A DNA stretch of 64,000 nt from the NCBI GenBank assembly GCA_963803435.1, contig CAWDML010000006.1, positions 96,001 through 160,000 of the forward strand, given 5' to 3'. The notes beneath the pieces are model-generated. The model had not been told where the DNA came from. It was given only the letters and a program-made list of their open reading frames with translations, and did not search any database. Shown here in pieces: positions 21,627-31,290 of this stretch (its first letter is position 1; each line of letters begins with the position of its first letter). The DNA comes from an uncultured delta proteobacterium (GTDB lineage: Bacteria; Myxococcota; Kuafuiibacteriia; Kuafuiibacteriales; Kuafuiibacteriaceae). Both the position numbers and the translations under genes were made by a program.

Positions 21627-22358
21627 TCAATGGAGCAGCGGTAGACCGAAGCGCGCGCGCTCTCGATGCATGTCCGACTCGAAGCGGCCGCGGAGCGCGG
21701 CGCCGATGAGATGGGCGCGGGCGCCGCACGCGTCGCGATACGACCGGCGCAGCCGGCCCGCCGCGTCCTCGGCGGAGGTGGCGCTGGAGACGGCCGTGAT
21801 CCCGAGCCGGCGAGCCAGGCCCGACAGCGACTCCAGGTCGACCTCGATCGGATCGCGGCCAGCCGAGCGCGCGAGCTTGGTGCCGGTCCCGAGGAGCTGC
21901 ACTTCTCCGTCGAAGCCCAGGAAGATGTCGGTCTCGTCGAAACCGCCCATCGAGCAGGTGCCGGTCGCCGGACCCTGCTCGGCGAGCCAAGCGATCCCGG
22001 CGGCGGCCGCGTGGAGGATCGCGCCGACCACCTCCTCCTCGACCGGCGCCTCGGAGAGGACCTCGGCCAGGGTGCGGCCGAGCCGATGCGGCCGGACCAC
22101 ATACGGGACGCCGGTGTCCATGCCGGCCCCGACGATCGGCGCGACGTGGCGGTGCCGGAGGCCCGCGACATGGGCGAGGTCGGCGAGGAGCGCGCCGTCG
22201 GGGCCGGCCAGGTGGGTATTTCGCAGTGCGGCATACCGCTCGAGCTCCACCACCTCGTCGTACGCAGCGTGGAGCGCGACCACCACGTCGCCGAGGAGCG
22301 TGGCCCGGACCGTCCGACCGATGCGGTAGGGACCCACGTGGCCGTGCAAAAACTCCAT
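21627..22358 (-). CDS. Protein-kinase-like protein lacking catalytic motifs (pseudokinase)
   Basis: VGPYRIGRTV, LRHRHVAPIV, PYVVRPHRLGRTLAEVL and IFLGFDGEVQLLGTG align with Hanks subdomains I-VII, but GxGxxG, VAIK, HRD and DFG are missing; start uncertain. Confidence 0.6.
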   Translation of the reverse strand: MEFLHGHVGPYRIGRTVRATLLGDVVVALHAAYDEVVELERYAALRNTHLAGPDGALLADLAHVAGLRHRHVAPIVGAGMDTGVPYVVRPHRLGRTLAEVLSEAPVEEEVVGAILHAAAAGIAWLAEQGPATGTCSMGGFDETDIFLGFDGEVQLLGTGTKLARSAGRDPIEVDLESLSGLARRLGITAVSSATSAEDAAGRLRRSYRDACGARAHLIGAALRGRFESDMHRERARFGLPLLH

Positions 22359-22497
22359 CGGGTCGGCCCGCTCGCGGCGGAGGACCCAGAGGCTCTCCAT
22401 GCCGCGATCGTACCGGAGGTCGGACGTGTGGTGGATGTCACCCCTACGCAAAAGTGGCTCTTCTCGGGCGCCAGGCCGGGTTCCTCCCGACGAAACG

Positions 22498-24108
22498 ATG
22501 AGGTTACAGCGCACCGCCTTCCTCCTCGCCGCACTGCTGCTCGCCCGGACGAGCGCAGCGCAGTCGCTCTCCGACGCCGAGACGCTTCCGAAGGGCACCG
22601 GGGGCCTGATCGTCAACCCGGGCTTCGGCTATGGACCCGGCGCGCTCCAGCGCTTCGGGCGCGGGTGGCGGATCGGGCGCGAGTCCCTGGTCGCGGACTT
22701 CGACGGGATCGATCTGACGCAAGTGATCGGCGGTGACTCGGCCGACGCGATCGCGGCGCTGGTCGGCAAGCTCGGCACCACCAGCTTCGAGGCGAAGCAG
22801 ACCGCCTTCGCGATCAACTTCCTGGCCGCGTACGGCATCACCGATCGCCTCACCGTCGCCGCGCTCCTGCCGTTCCAGTTCGTGAAGTATCGGCTGGACG
22901 CCGCCCTCATCCCGGCGGGCCCGGACGCGTCGCACTATCGGGTGAAGAACGCCGATCAGCTCACGTGCCCCGGCGGCGACTTCGACATCAGCGATCCGGA
23001 GAGCCTGATCGGCGGCGAGAACGCGCTGCTCGAGGATGGCGGTCCCGGCTACACGTTCAGCATCGCGGACCTGAACCGTGCGCTCGGGTCGGACTGCCTC
23101 GGCTATCGCCCGGTGGTCGACGAGATCGTCACGCGCGACGGTGTCCAGCACGGCCTCGGCGACCGCACCTACTCCGGCTTCCGCGATCTGGCGCTGGCGG
23201 CGAAGTATCAGCTCTATCGCTCCCGCGCGATCCACCTGGGGTTGATCGGCTACCTGATCGCACCGACCGGAAAGCCAGACCGGCCCGACGACCTCTTCGA
23301 CGTGAAGTTCGGCGACGGCAACTGGGGCGGCGCGCTCTTGGGCGCGCTCACGGTCCCGCTGGGCGACTTCAGCATGGGCGCCTCGTTCGGCTACGAGATC
23401 GAGGGCGCCGACTCGATCACCGTGCGCCTCAACGACGTCACCTTCTCCAAGGACCTCGAGGAGCAGCTGGCGAGGAACGAGATCAGCGAGGCCGACCTCC
23501 TCCGCGATCACCTCGACGACGCCGACCTGATCCCGATCGTCACCCGCTACGACCAGGTGAAGGTGAAGCGGAAGCTCGGCGACAACATCTACGTCTATAC
23601 CAGCTTCAACTATCAGATCCTCGAGTGGTTGAGCGTCGGCCTGACGATCAACTTCCTCCACCACTTCCGCGACCAGATCACCGCGCTCGGGCCCCGGCCC
23701 GACGGCGCACCCGCGTACCCGAGCGAGGCGGACGTGCGCGCCGAGGTGGATCAGCTCGCCTCCGACGAGGACTGGGACGCCGAGAGAAAGACGAAGGAGC
23801 TGGTGTCGCGGCTCGGTCAGACCGAGGCGCGCAAGAAGGCCGCCTACGGCTGGCATACGGTCCGAGGGAACCTGGACGTGGGCTTGGGGATCGGCTTCAA
23901 CACGGTGCCGCTCTTCGTCCGCGGCGAGTTCCCGCTGCCGATCATCGCGGGGATCGGGATCAATCGCTTCATCGCCGGGCAAAACTTGGACACACCCGAG
24001 GCGATCAACTTCAACATCACGATCCCCTTCGTCACCAGCCTCGATATCCGGGATCCCGCAGAGTACGGCTACGACGACGAGGTCGGCGGCGGGCTCCCCT
24101 GGCCGTAA
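22498..24108 (+). CDS. Secreted protein, probable outer-membrane beta-barrel (SphA/MetA-pathway transporter-like) with insertions
   Basis: Signal peptide; AYGITDRLTV, SGFRDLALAAKYQL, APTGK and FGDGNW segments typical of this family; amphipathic strands. Confidence 0.65.
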   Translation: MRLQRTAFLLAALLLARTSAAQSLSDAETLPKGTGGLIVNPGFGYGPGALQRFGRGWRIGRESLVADFDGIDLTQVIGGDSADAIAALVGKLGTTSFEAKQTAFAINFLAAYGITDRLTVAALLPFQFVKYRLDAALIPAGPDASHYRVKNADQLTCPGGDFDISDPESLIGGENALLEDGGPGYTFSIADLNRALGSDCLGYRPVVDEIVTRDGVQHGLGDRTYSGFRDLALAAKYQLYRSRAIHLGLIGYLIAPTGKPDRPDDLFDVKFGDGNWGGALLGALTVPLGDFSMGASFGYEIEGADSITVRLNDVTFSKDLEEQLARNEISEADLLRDHLDDADLIPIVTRYDQVKVKRKLGDNIYVYTSFNYQILEWLSVGLTINFLHHFRDQITALGPRPDGAPAYPSEADVRAEVDQLASDEDWDAERKTKELVSRLGQTEARKKAAYGWHTVRGNLDVGLGIGFNTVPLFVRGEFPLPIIAGIGINRFIAGQNLDTPEAINFNITIPFVTSLDIRDPAEYGYDDEVGGGLPWP

Positions 24109-24382
24109 TCACGCTCGTGCGGGCGTACCTTCGAGGAAGTTGTCGATGAAGCGACCGGCCTGCTGCACGTCGCGGTCGCCCGCTTCGACCCGGCCTCCCT
24201 CAGCGCGTCCGCACGCCGCGCGAGACCGAGCGGCTGGCTGAAGAGGTTCCACATCTTCTCGAAGCCGCCGTACAGCGCCTCCAGCTCGCCGAGCGAGGAG
24301 ACCAGCGCCTTCGTGTCGTTGGTGCGGACCGCGTCGCCGTAGCGGAGTCGACGATTCGGTCTGTCTCGGTGTTTTTTTGCAT
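24109..24382 (-). CDS. Small hypothetical protein apparently split by two indels
   Basis: MQKNTETDRIVDS, then YGDAVRTNDTKALVSSLGELEALYGGFEKMWNLF, then VEAGDRDVQQAGRFIDNFLEGTPARA* lie in three successive frames. Confidence 0.35.
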
Positions 24383-24479
24383 GCGCGAAGCCGCTCCGGC
24401 GTCGATGGATCCAATCACAATCCTGGACCCTTCGCTCGAAGAGGGGCCGGAGTGAAGAGACTACACGGCCGCGCCTCTG

Positions 24480-27035
24480 CTACCGGGGGCGGCGGCGGGT
24501 CGAGAAGTATGCGGTGTCCCGCTGCGACTTCTCCCGCTTGGGAGGATCGGCAGGGACCAGCTCCACGCCGGCCTCTTCGGCGGAGATCGGCTGCGTCTCC
24601 GGCGGGCGGGTTCGCTCCGCGGTGGGAAACGCCGGCATTCGCACCATCTCGATCTGCGGGAGGTCCTCGCTCTCGAGATCGCCGGTGGCGCGATCGCCGA
24701 CCGTCGCCAGGATGCGCTTGAACGGGGCCGCGAAGGAGGCGGCGCTCTGGAACCGATCATCTGGATCGAACGCGAGCCCGCGCGTCACCAGATCACCGAC
24801 CAGCCGCGGGATGTTCGCGTTGAGCTCCTTGAGCGGGGCAGGCCGGCGCAGGCGATCCATGCCCTCGAAGGGGAGCTTCCCGGCCAGCATCTCGTAGATC
24901 GAGACGGCGACGGAGAAGATATCCGAGCGGGCGTCGACCTTGTCTCCCAGGATCTGCTCGGGCGCCATGTAGCCCGGGGTTCCGGCGACCATGGAAGCGT
25001 CGGTGCCTTGGCTGGTCGACTTGGCGAGGCCGAAGTCCATCAGCTTCACCAGGCCGGTGGGGGTCCGCATCATGTTGGACGGCTTGATGTCGCGGTGAAT
25101 GATCGATCGCTTGTGGGCGACCTCGAGGGCATCCAGGAGCTGCGTCGAGATCCGCAGCGTCTCCAGCAGCGAGAGCGGGCTCCGGCGCTGGCAGATCTCC
25201 TTGACGGTCACGCCCTCGACGTACTCCATGGCGATGAAGGTCTGTCCCTCGAGCGTCCCGAAGTCGTAGATCGTGACGACGTTCGGATGGTTGAGCTGAG
25301 CGACCGAGCGCGCCTCCCGCTGGAAGAGCTCGCGGATGCTCGGCTGCGCGACGGAGCTCTCGCTCAGGAACTTCAGCGCGACGTCCCGGCCGAGGACCTC
25401 GTCGGTCGCTCGGTACACGATGGCCATCCCGCCGCGGCCGAGCTCACCCGCGATGGTGTAGCGGGACTTCTCCTTCTTGCGCACCATCGTCCCGGCCACG
25501 CCCAGGTCGGTGACCTGCTCGCAGAGCCCCCGCTGCCAGCCGCGGATCTCCTCGACGCGGGCCACCGCGTCTCGATATCCAGGTGACACGCCGTCGACCT
25601 TCTCGAGCGCGCTGAGCGCCTCCGCATAGTTGCCGCCGGCCAGGTGCGCCAGGCCAATCCGGTAGAAGACCTCGATGTTGCGAAGCGTGCACTCCTGACC
25701 GTCGACATACCGCTTGAGCGTGTCGACCGAGGGACCCGCCTTCGCCGCTTGCACGGCGGAGTCGGCGAGGAGAACCAGCGTGGGCACGTGGATGACGGTG
25801 TTCCGCGGCGGCGGCACGGGGGCCCGCGAACGGGACCCGCTGGCCCGCGTCCGCTCCAGCACGCTCCCCGCATCGTCGGCTCGCAGGGCGTGGAGCTCCC
25901 GCTGCGCGATCTCCGCGGCCTCGCGATGGATCGCGCTCAGCTCTTCGGGGGCGAGGAGCTCCCCGTCGAGCTCCACCGGCGGGAGCATCACGTCGTCGAG
26001 CGGCCGCGAGGCGCTCGTCGCTCGCGCCAGCGTTTCCCTCGGCCGGGCGCCGGTCAGGGAGGAGAGGCGATCCCGCGCGTCCTGGTAGTCGCCGAGGACG
26101 TCGACGATCGACGTCAGCACGGCGATCGCGCGCGGCACCTCGCCCCGCTTCTCGAGGATCTCCGCATAGCGGAGGTGCATCGCGGCGGTGGCGGGTCCGA
26201 GCGGATGGGAGTCGGTGAGCTCGCTGAGGAACGTATAGCCCGTCTCCCGCGAGAGCTCGCAGATCCGATCCACATACTGCATCGGAGACTTCGATCTCCG
26301 CGCGACCATGATCCAGGTCTCGGCGGCACGCTCGCGGTTTCCGCCCAGCTCGTAGAGCTCGGCGGCGCGCTCGAAGTTGCCCCGCTTCGCCACCAGCGGC
26401 GCCGCCTCGTTGGGGAGCGCGAGCACGTTGACGTAGAGGTGCACCGACTCCTCGTAGAGCTGCGCGTCGCGGTAGGTGTCGGCCGCTCCGCGGATGTCTC
26501 CGCTCGCCAGCAGGCGCTCTGCGAGCTGCCGGCCCTCGTCCTGGCGCCTCGATACATCGCCGGCGTCGGAAGGAACGTCGACCGAGTCGAGGTCGCTCGA
26601 GCGCAAATCGAGCGAGCGCAGGTCGTCCGAACGCGCCACCGGCTCATTCGTCGCGCCGGAGCCTGCACGTGTCCGCGCCGCCCGAGCCAGCTCGACGAAC
26701 CCGGCCTTGTCGTAGGACTGCGCGGCCTTGTCGAAGAGGCTGGCATGCTCATAGAGCTCCGCCGCACGTCGATGATTACCGATCTGCACCGCGATCTGCG
26801 CCGCCCGCGCCGGCTTCTGCGCCCGCACGAAGTAGTCGATCGCCTCCTCGGGGCGGTCGTGGTCGAGCGCCAGCTGGGCGGCCCGGCCGTACTTGCCGTT
26901 CCTCAGCAGGCGATCGACCCCGGGCAGCTTCTTCTTCTTGCCGCGCCACGAGCGCTTCCGGCCCGTGACCATACGATAGGCCAGCGTGACCGAGAGGACG
27001 ACGACCGCGATCCAGAGGGCGAGGTTTTGATCCAT
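24480..27035 (-). CDS. Membrane-anchored Ser/Thr kinase with TPR-like helical repeats
   Basis: N-terminal TM helix; AAELYE repeats; LGRGGMAIVY, VALK, HRDIKPSN, DFGLAK and GTPGYMAPEQ motifs. Confidence 0.92.
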   Translation of the reverse strand: MDQNLALWIAVVVLSVTLAYRMVTGRKRSWRGKKKKLPGVDRLLRNGKYGRAAQLALDHDRPEEAIDYFVRAQKPARAAQIAVQIGNHRRAAELYEHASLFDKAAQSYDKAGFVELARAARTRAGSGATNEPVARSDDLRSLDLRSSDLDSVDVPSDAGDVSRRQDEGRQLAERLLASGDIRGAADTYRDAQLYEESVHLYVNVLALPNEAAPLVAKRGNFERAAELYELGGNRERAAETWIMVARRSKSPMQYVDRICELSRETGYTFLSELTDSHPLGPATAAMHLRYAEILEKRGEVPRAIAVLTSIVDVLGDYQDARDRLSSLTGARPRETLARATSASRPLDDVMLPPVELDGELLAPEELSAIHREAAEIAQRELHALRADDAGSVLERTRASGSRSRAPVPPPRNTVIHVPTLVLLADSAVQAAKAGPSVDTLKRYVDGQECTLRNIEVFYRIGLAHLAGGNYAEALSALEKVDGVSPGYRDAVARVEEIRGWQRGLCEQVTDLGVAGTMVRKKEKSRYTIAGELGRGGMAIVYRATDEVLGRDVALKFLSESSVAQPSIRELFQREARSVAQLNHPNVVTIYDFGTLEGQTFIAMEYVEGVTVKEICQRRSPLSLLETLRISTQLLDALEVAHKRSIIHRDIKPSNMMRTPTGLVKLMDFGLAKSTSQGTDASMVAGTPGYMAPEQILGDKVDARSDIFSVAVSIYEMLAGKLPFEGMDRLRRPAPLKELNANIPRLVGDLVTRGLAFDPDDRFQSAASFAAPFKRILATVGDRATGDLESEDLPQIEMVRMPAFPTAERTRPPETQPISAEEAGVELVPADPPKREKSQRDTAYFSTRRRPR

Positions 27036-27044
27036 CGTCGGTTC

Positions 27045-29144
27045 TCAGTGCGCGCAGGTCAGGAGCGCGTCGGTGGCCGATAGAACCTTCCTCGTCATGA
27101 GAAACGCGGCCGACTGTCGGAACAGGTGGAGCTTGCGCGACTCGATCGCGAGCGTTCGGAACGCGTCGAGGGTCCTATCCGCCATCAGAGCGCTCTGGAG
27201 CTGCTCGTCGACCTCGAGGGCCTCGACGACCGCCACGCGTCCCACGTAGCCGGTGCCCTCGCACGCCTCGCAACCGACCGAGATGGGCATCGGCTGCGGG
27301 GTCGCCGCCTCCGCCAGGCCGAACTTGGCGAGGTTCGCCAGCATGGCCGGCGGGGGGACCTCGGTGCGGACGCAGGCGCGGCAGAGCTTGGGAGCCAGTC
27401 GCTGCACCAGGATCGCGGAGCATGCCTGCGCGATCAGCGCCCGCGAGCATCCGAGCCCTTCGAGGCGCTGGATCACCGAGAGGCAGTCGGTGGCGTGGAT
27501 GGAGGTCATCAGGAGGTGGCCCGAGATCGCCGCCTCGGTGGCCATGCGCGCGGTCTCTGGATCGCGCGTCTCTCCCACCACGATGACGTCCGGATCTTGG
27601 CGCAACGCCGCCCGCAGCACGGCCGCGAATCCCAGGCCGATGCCCGCATTCACCTGGACCTGCGTGGTGCCCGGGAGGCGGAACTCGATGGGATCCTCCA
27701 CCATCAGCACGTTGTCGGTCCGTGCCTTCATGCGGTCCGCGAGCATCGAGTAGAGGCTCGAGCTCTTCCCCGAGCCGGTCCCACCGCCAACGACGATCGC
27801 CCCGCCGTTCGCCGTGAGGGCTCGCCGGACCACGTCGAGCACGTGGGCGTCGAGGAACGCCTGATCGAGCGGCCGCAGCATCGAGGCGGCGTCGTGCAGC
27901 CGCATCACCACCTTCTCGCCGCGAACCGCCGGGATCGTGGAGACGCGCAGATCGATCTCGCGACCGCCGACCACCACCCCCAGCCGGCCGTCCTGCGGGA
28001 GGCGGCGCTCGCTGATGTCGAGACCGGCCAGGACCTTGATCCTCGCGACCAGGCTCTTCGCGAACGACGACGGGACCAGCTCGGGGTAGTCGGTGAGGTT
28101 GCCGTTGCGCCGGAAGCGCACCCTGACGCTGGCGCGGTCCGCCTCGATGTGGATGTCGGAGACCTCCTTCGCGATGCCCTCGGCGATGATTCGATTGGCG
28201 AGACGGACGACCTCGTCACCGATGACGCGCAGCTCCTTCTCTGCGTCGCGCTCGGCGTCCTCGACGTCGAACGTCAGGCTGTCGGCGCTGACCCCAGGCC
28301 GCTGGCGGGGACGCGAGGCGCCGGCGGTGGGTTTCAGGCGCGCGATCCAGCTGCTGAGATCGTCGCTGGAGATCGCCACGATCTGAACGTCCACGTGCTG
28401 GAGCAGGCGCCGGATGCTGCTGATCGCGGCCGGGTTGCGCGGGTTCACCAGGCCTACGGTGAGCGTGCGATCGCGAAGGAGCAGCGGCAGGCACTGATGC
28501 TCGTGCATCACGGTGATCGGAACCATGTTGAGCAGCTGATCCGAGGGGTTGTAGTCGGAGACGAAGACGAACGGGATGAGGTCGCCGGTCGACTTCGCGC
28601 CGCGCGCCGGCGTGCCCGGAGCCTCCACGGGCGGAGCGGCGGTGGCAGGTGCGCGGATCCCCATCAGGTTCTGCTTCACCAGCCGCATCGCCAGGCGCTT
28701 CGAGATCGCGTGGCTGACGCCCGGGATCTTCGCGCACAGCTGGCCGAAGAGCTCCTTGGAGATCTCGATCACCGCGCACGCGGTCTGCGCCACCACGGAG
28801 TCTTGATGGGCGGCCTCGAGCAGGACGCCGACGTCCCCATACGGATCGCCGACCTGCAGCTCCTCGATGATGCGCTGCTCGCCCGTGACGGCGTTGACGG
28901 CCGTGAGGTTGGCCTTCCCGCGGGCGAGGATTCCCAGCGTGACGGCGGGTGCACCGGCGCGGACGATGGTGGCTCCCGCCGAATAGCTCTTCGTTTCAAA
29001 ATAACCGGCGATCTTCGCCATCAGGTTCGCGTCGATCTGGAGGAACAGCGAGGACGAGCGCAGCACCTCCTCGACGGCCACCGAGGCCCCGGACGGCGGC
29101 GCGGCTCCGGATCCGGCCTTTCCGTACACCGCATACTCTGCCAT
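27045..29144 (-). CDS. PilB/GspE-family secretion ATPase with N-terminal cyclic-nucleotide-binding domain
   Basis: cNMP-like domain (SSLFLQID...IVRAG...ILARGKA...GDPYGDVGVL); T2SSE N-domain; SDIHIE, ISERRLPQDGR, Walker A GGTGSGKS, VEDPIE, LRQDPDVIVVGETRD, GHL...H and CxxC...CxxC motifs. Confidence 0.88.
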   Translation of the reverse strand: MAEYAVYGKAGSGAAPPSGASVAVEEVLRSSSLFLQIDANLMAKIAGYFETKSYSAGATIVRAGAPAVTLGILARGKANLTAVNAVTGEQRIIEELQVGDPYGDVGVLLEAAHQDSVVAQTACAVIEISKELFGQLCAKIPGVSHAISKRLAMRLVKQNLMGIRAPATAAPPVEAPGTPARGAKSTGDLIPFVFVSDYNPSDQLLNMVPITVMHEHQCLPLLLRDRTLTVGLVNPRNPAAISSIRRLLQHVDVQIVAISSDDLSSWIARLKPTAGASRPRQRPGVSADSLTFDVEDAERDAEKELRVIGDEVVRLANRIIAEGIAKEVSDIHIEADRASVRVRFRRNGNLTDYPELVPSSFAKSLVARIKVLAGLDISERRLPQDGRLGVVVGGREIDLRVSTIPAVRGEKVVMRLHDAASMLRPLDQAFLDAHVLDVVRRALTANGGAIVVGGGTGSGKSSSLYSMLADRMKARTDNVLMVEDPIEFRLPGTTQVQVNAGIGLGFAAVLRAALRQDPDVIVVGETRDPETARMATEAAISGHLLMTSIHATDCLSVIQRLEGLGCSRALIAQACSAILVQRLAPKLCRACVRTEVPPPAMLANLAKFGLAEAATPQPMPISVGCEACEGTGYVGRVAVVEALEVDEQLQSALMADRTLDAFRTLAIESRKLHLFRQSAAFLMTRKVLSATDALLTCAH

Positions 29145-29420
29145 CCGCACGTGAACCTAGACGTGATGGATCTGGCGCTCAATCCGGGCCTCCCGGCGGG
29201 GGCCCCCGACCCGCGAAGCCTTGCGGAATCAGCCCTTGCGCCCCGGTTACCTTATCGCACTCGCGTGGAGCCGCTCCCCTATCGTGCCACCTCGTGGGGC
29301 GATCGTGCCTGGCCGCAGCAGCTCGATCACCGAGTTGAGCAGGCCGGCCCGACTCGACGACCCGTGTGCCATCGGCCGCGCCTGGAGTCTGTCGGGATCG
29401 CTGCGCACGCGCCTCCGCGG

Positions 29421-30350
29421 TCAACCGCCTCGAGACGAACGCCGGCGCTGCCTCGGCGCGGCCTCGTCGCCGGCAGGGATCGCCGCGTGCGCCCTCCGCT
29501 TCGGACCGACCACCAGGATCTCGGTGATGGAGCCGCGCTTGCTCGCCACGGAGTTGATCGCGCGGGTCGCGTTCACCGTCTTCACCTCGAAGCGTTGGTA
29601 GAGCCGGCGGGTGAGCTCGCAGTCGGAGTTGGAGAGGACCACCGGGACGCCGCTCCGGCACAGGAACGCGTAGACCCGGGCGAGCCGCTCGTGCTCGTCG
29701 GTGCCGAACGGATCGGCGAAGTACGACGTGAACGACGACGAGACCGAGAGCGGGACGTAGGGGGGATCGAAGTAGACGGCGTCGCCGCGCCCGGCGGAGG
29801 CGACCGCGCTCTCGAAGTCGCTGACCACGATGGTGGCCCGGGACAGCGCGCGAGAGGCGGCGCGGAGGCGGGCCTCGTTCAGCACACGGGGGTTCTTGTA
29901 ACGCCCGAAGGGGACGTTGAAGCGCCCCTTGCGGTTCACGCGGTAGAGACCGTTGAAGCAGGTCTTGTTGAGATAGAGGAGACGCGCCACGCGATCGACC
30001 TCGGAGAGCTCGGCCGGATCGGTGCCCCGGAGGTCGTAGTAATAGGCCTCGTCGGTCCCGTGGATCGCGTGGTCCGCCAGGGCCTCGATCAGCGCCTCCA
30101 CCTGCGTCTTCACCACGCGGTACGCCTCGACCAGCGCTGGGTTGCGGTCGGCGAGCACCGCCTCCTCGAACCGACCCCCGGCGGCCAACGCGAAGAACAC
30201 GGCGCCGCCGCCGACGAAGGGCTCGTAATAGGTCCGCATGCGATCGGGGAGCCGCGGCAGGATCTCGGGCAACAGCTGGCCCTTGCCGCCGGCCCACTTG
30301 AGGAAGGGTCCCGGCGGGTTCTCGAGGTGGAGCTCGTAGGCAGCGCTCAT
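29421..30350 (-). CDS. dam: DNA adenine methyltransferase (Dam/D12 class)
   Basis: FLKWAGGK, YYEPFVGGGAV, FNGLYRVN..G.FNVPFG and YFDPPY motifs. Confidence 0.9.
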   Translation of the reverse strand: MSAAYELHLENPPGPFLKWAGGKGQLLPEILPRLPDRMRTYYEPFVGGGAVFFALAAGGRFEEAVLADRNPALVEAYRVVKTQVEALIEALADHAIHGTDEAYYYDLRGTDPAELSEVDRVARLLYLNKTCFNGLYRVNRKGRFNVPFGRYKNPRVLNEARLRAASRALSRATIVVSDFESAVASAGRGDAVYFDPPYVPLSVSSSFTSYFADPFGTDEHERLARVYAFLCRSGVPVVLSNSDCELTRRLYQRFEVKTVNATRAINSVASKRGSITEILVVGPKRRAHAAIPAGDEAAPRQRRRSSRGG

Positions 30351-30428
30351 CGTGTACGCGAGGGTAGGAGGCGATCGCGGAGGCGTCGACTTTTCGATCT
30401 CAAGCTGCTGGTTTTTGGACAGCGCGAT

Positions 30429-31262
30429 CTATTGCGAGTACAGCTCGCCGATTACGCGCTGGGCCGGCGCGCCTTCCCACAGCTCCCGCTCGCCGATCTC
30501 CGTGTGAGGCTCGACGATCGCGCCCGGCGCCACCTTCGCGCGATCACCGATCCGCACGCCCTCCGAGATGATCGCGCCGGTACCGATCGACGCGTAGGAG
30601 CCCAGGTCGACGCCCTTCTCCAGTCGAACGCCCTCACCGATGCTGGCACCCACGCCCACGCGGACGTCCTCGCCGATGATGGCCGCCGGCTCGATGCGCA
30701 CGTCGTGACCGACGGTGGCGCCCGGCATCAGGATCGAGTGCGCACCGATCAGACAACCTTCTCCGATGATCACGGGCGCGATCCGGATCCGTCCGGCGCC
30801 GTGGAGCCCGGCCTCGATCGTCACGCCCGGCTCGAGCTGCGAGCCGGAGCCGATGCTCAGCAGGACCGGCTCGCGGATGACGGTGTGCGACGAGAACCCG
30901 ACGCCGAAGGAGATCCGCGCCCCCAGCGCCTTCAGGAACAGCACGCGGGTGGTGTGAAACGACCAGAACGGAGTGCGTATCAGCGGGTGCATGGCCACCT
31001 CGGTGAACGCCTGCGACACCAGCCAGCGGACGTACTCCCGGTCGGCGCCGATCTTGTGCGCGCCCAGCCGCGGCTTGGGGACCAGCTCGCGCAGCATCGC
31101 GAGGATCACCAGCTCGGCGAAGAAGAACGCGAGGACGCGACCGGCAACATCGAGCCACGGCGGCTCGGCGAGCGGTGGGTAGTAAGCTGCGGCGACCGCG
31201 CCAGATCCGAGCAGGGCCCAGAACAACAGGCGCAGGATGTCTTGCAACACCCGCGCTTTCAC
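30429..31262 (-). CDS. Membrane-anchored hexapeptide-repeat (left-handed beta-helix) acyltransferase-like protein
   Basis: Two N-terminal TM segments, FLKALGARI, long hexapeptide repeats (IGEGCLIGAHSILMPGATVG) and WEGAPA; start uncertain. Confidence 0.75.
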   Translation of the reverse strand: MKARVLQDILRLLFWALLGSGAVAAAYYPPLAEPPWLDVAGRVLAFFFAELVILAMLRELVPKPRLGAHKIGADREYVRWLVSQAFTEVAMHPLIRTPFWSFHTTRVLFLKALGARISFGVGFSSHTVIREPVLLSIGSGSQLEPGVTIEAGLHGAGRIRIAPVIIGEGCLIGAHSILMPGATVGHDVRIEPAAIIGEDVRVGVGASIGEGVRLEKGVDLGSYASIGTGAIISEGVRIGDRAKVAPGAIVEPHTEIGERELWEGAPAQRVIGELYSQ

Positions 31263-31290
31263 CGGCTCACGCCGAACGGCCACCGCGCCG

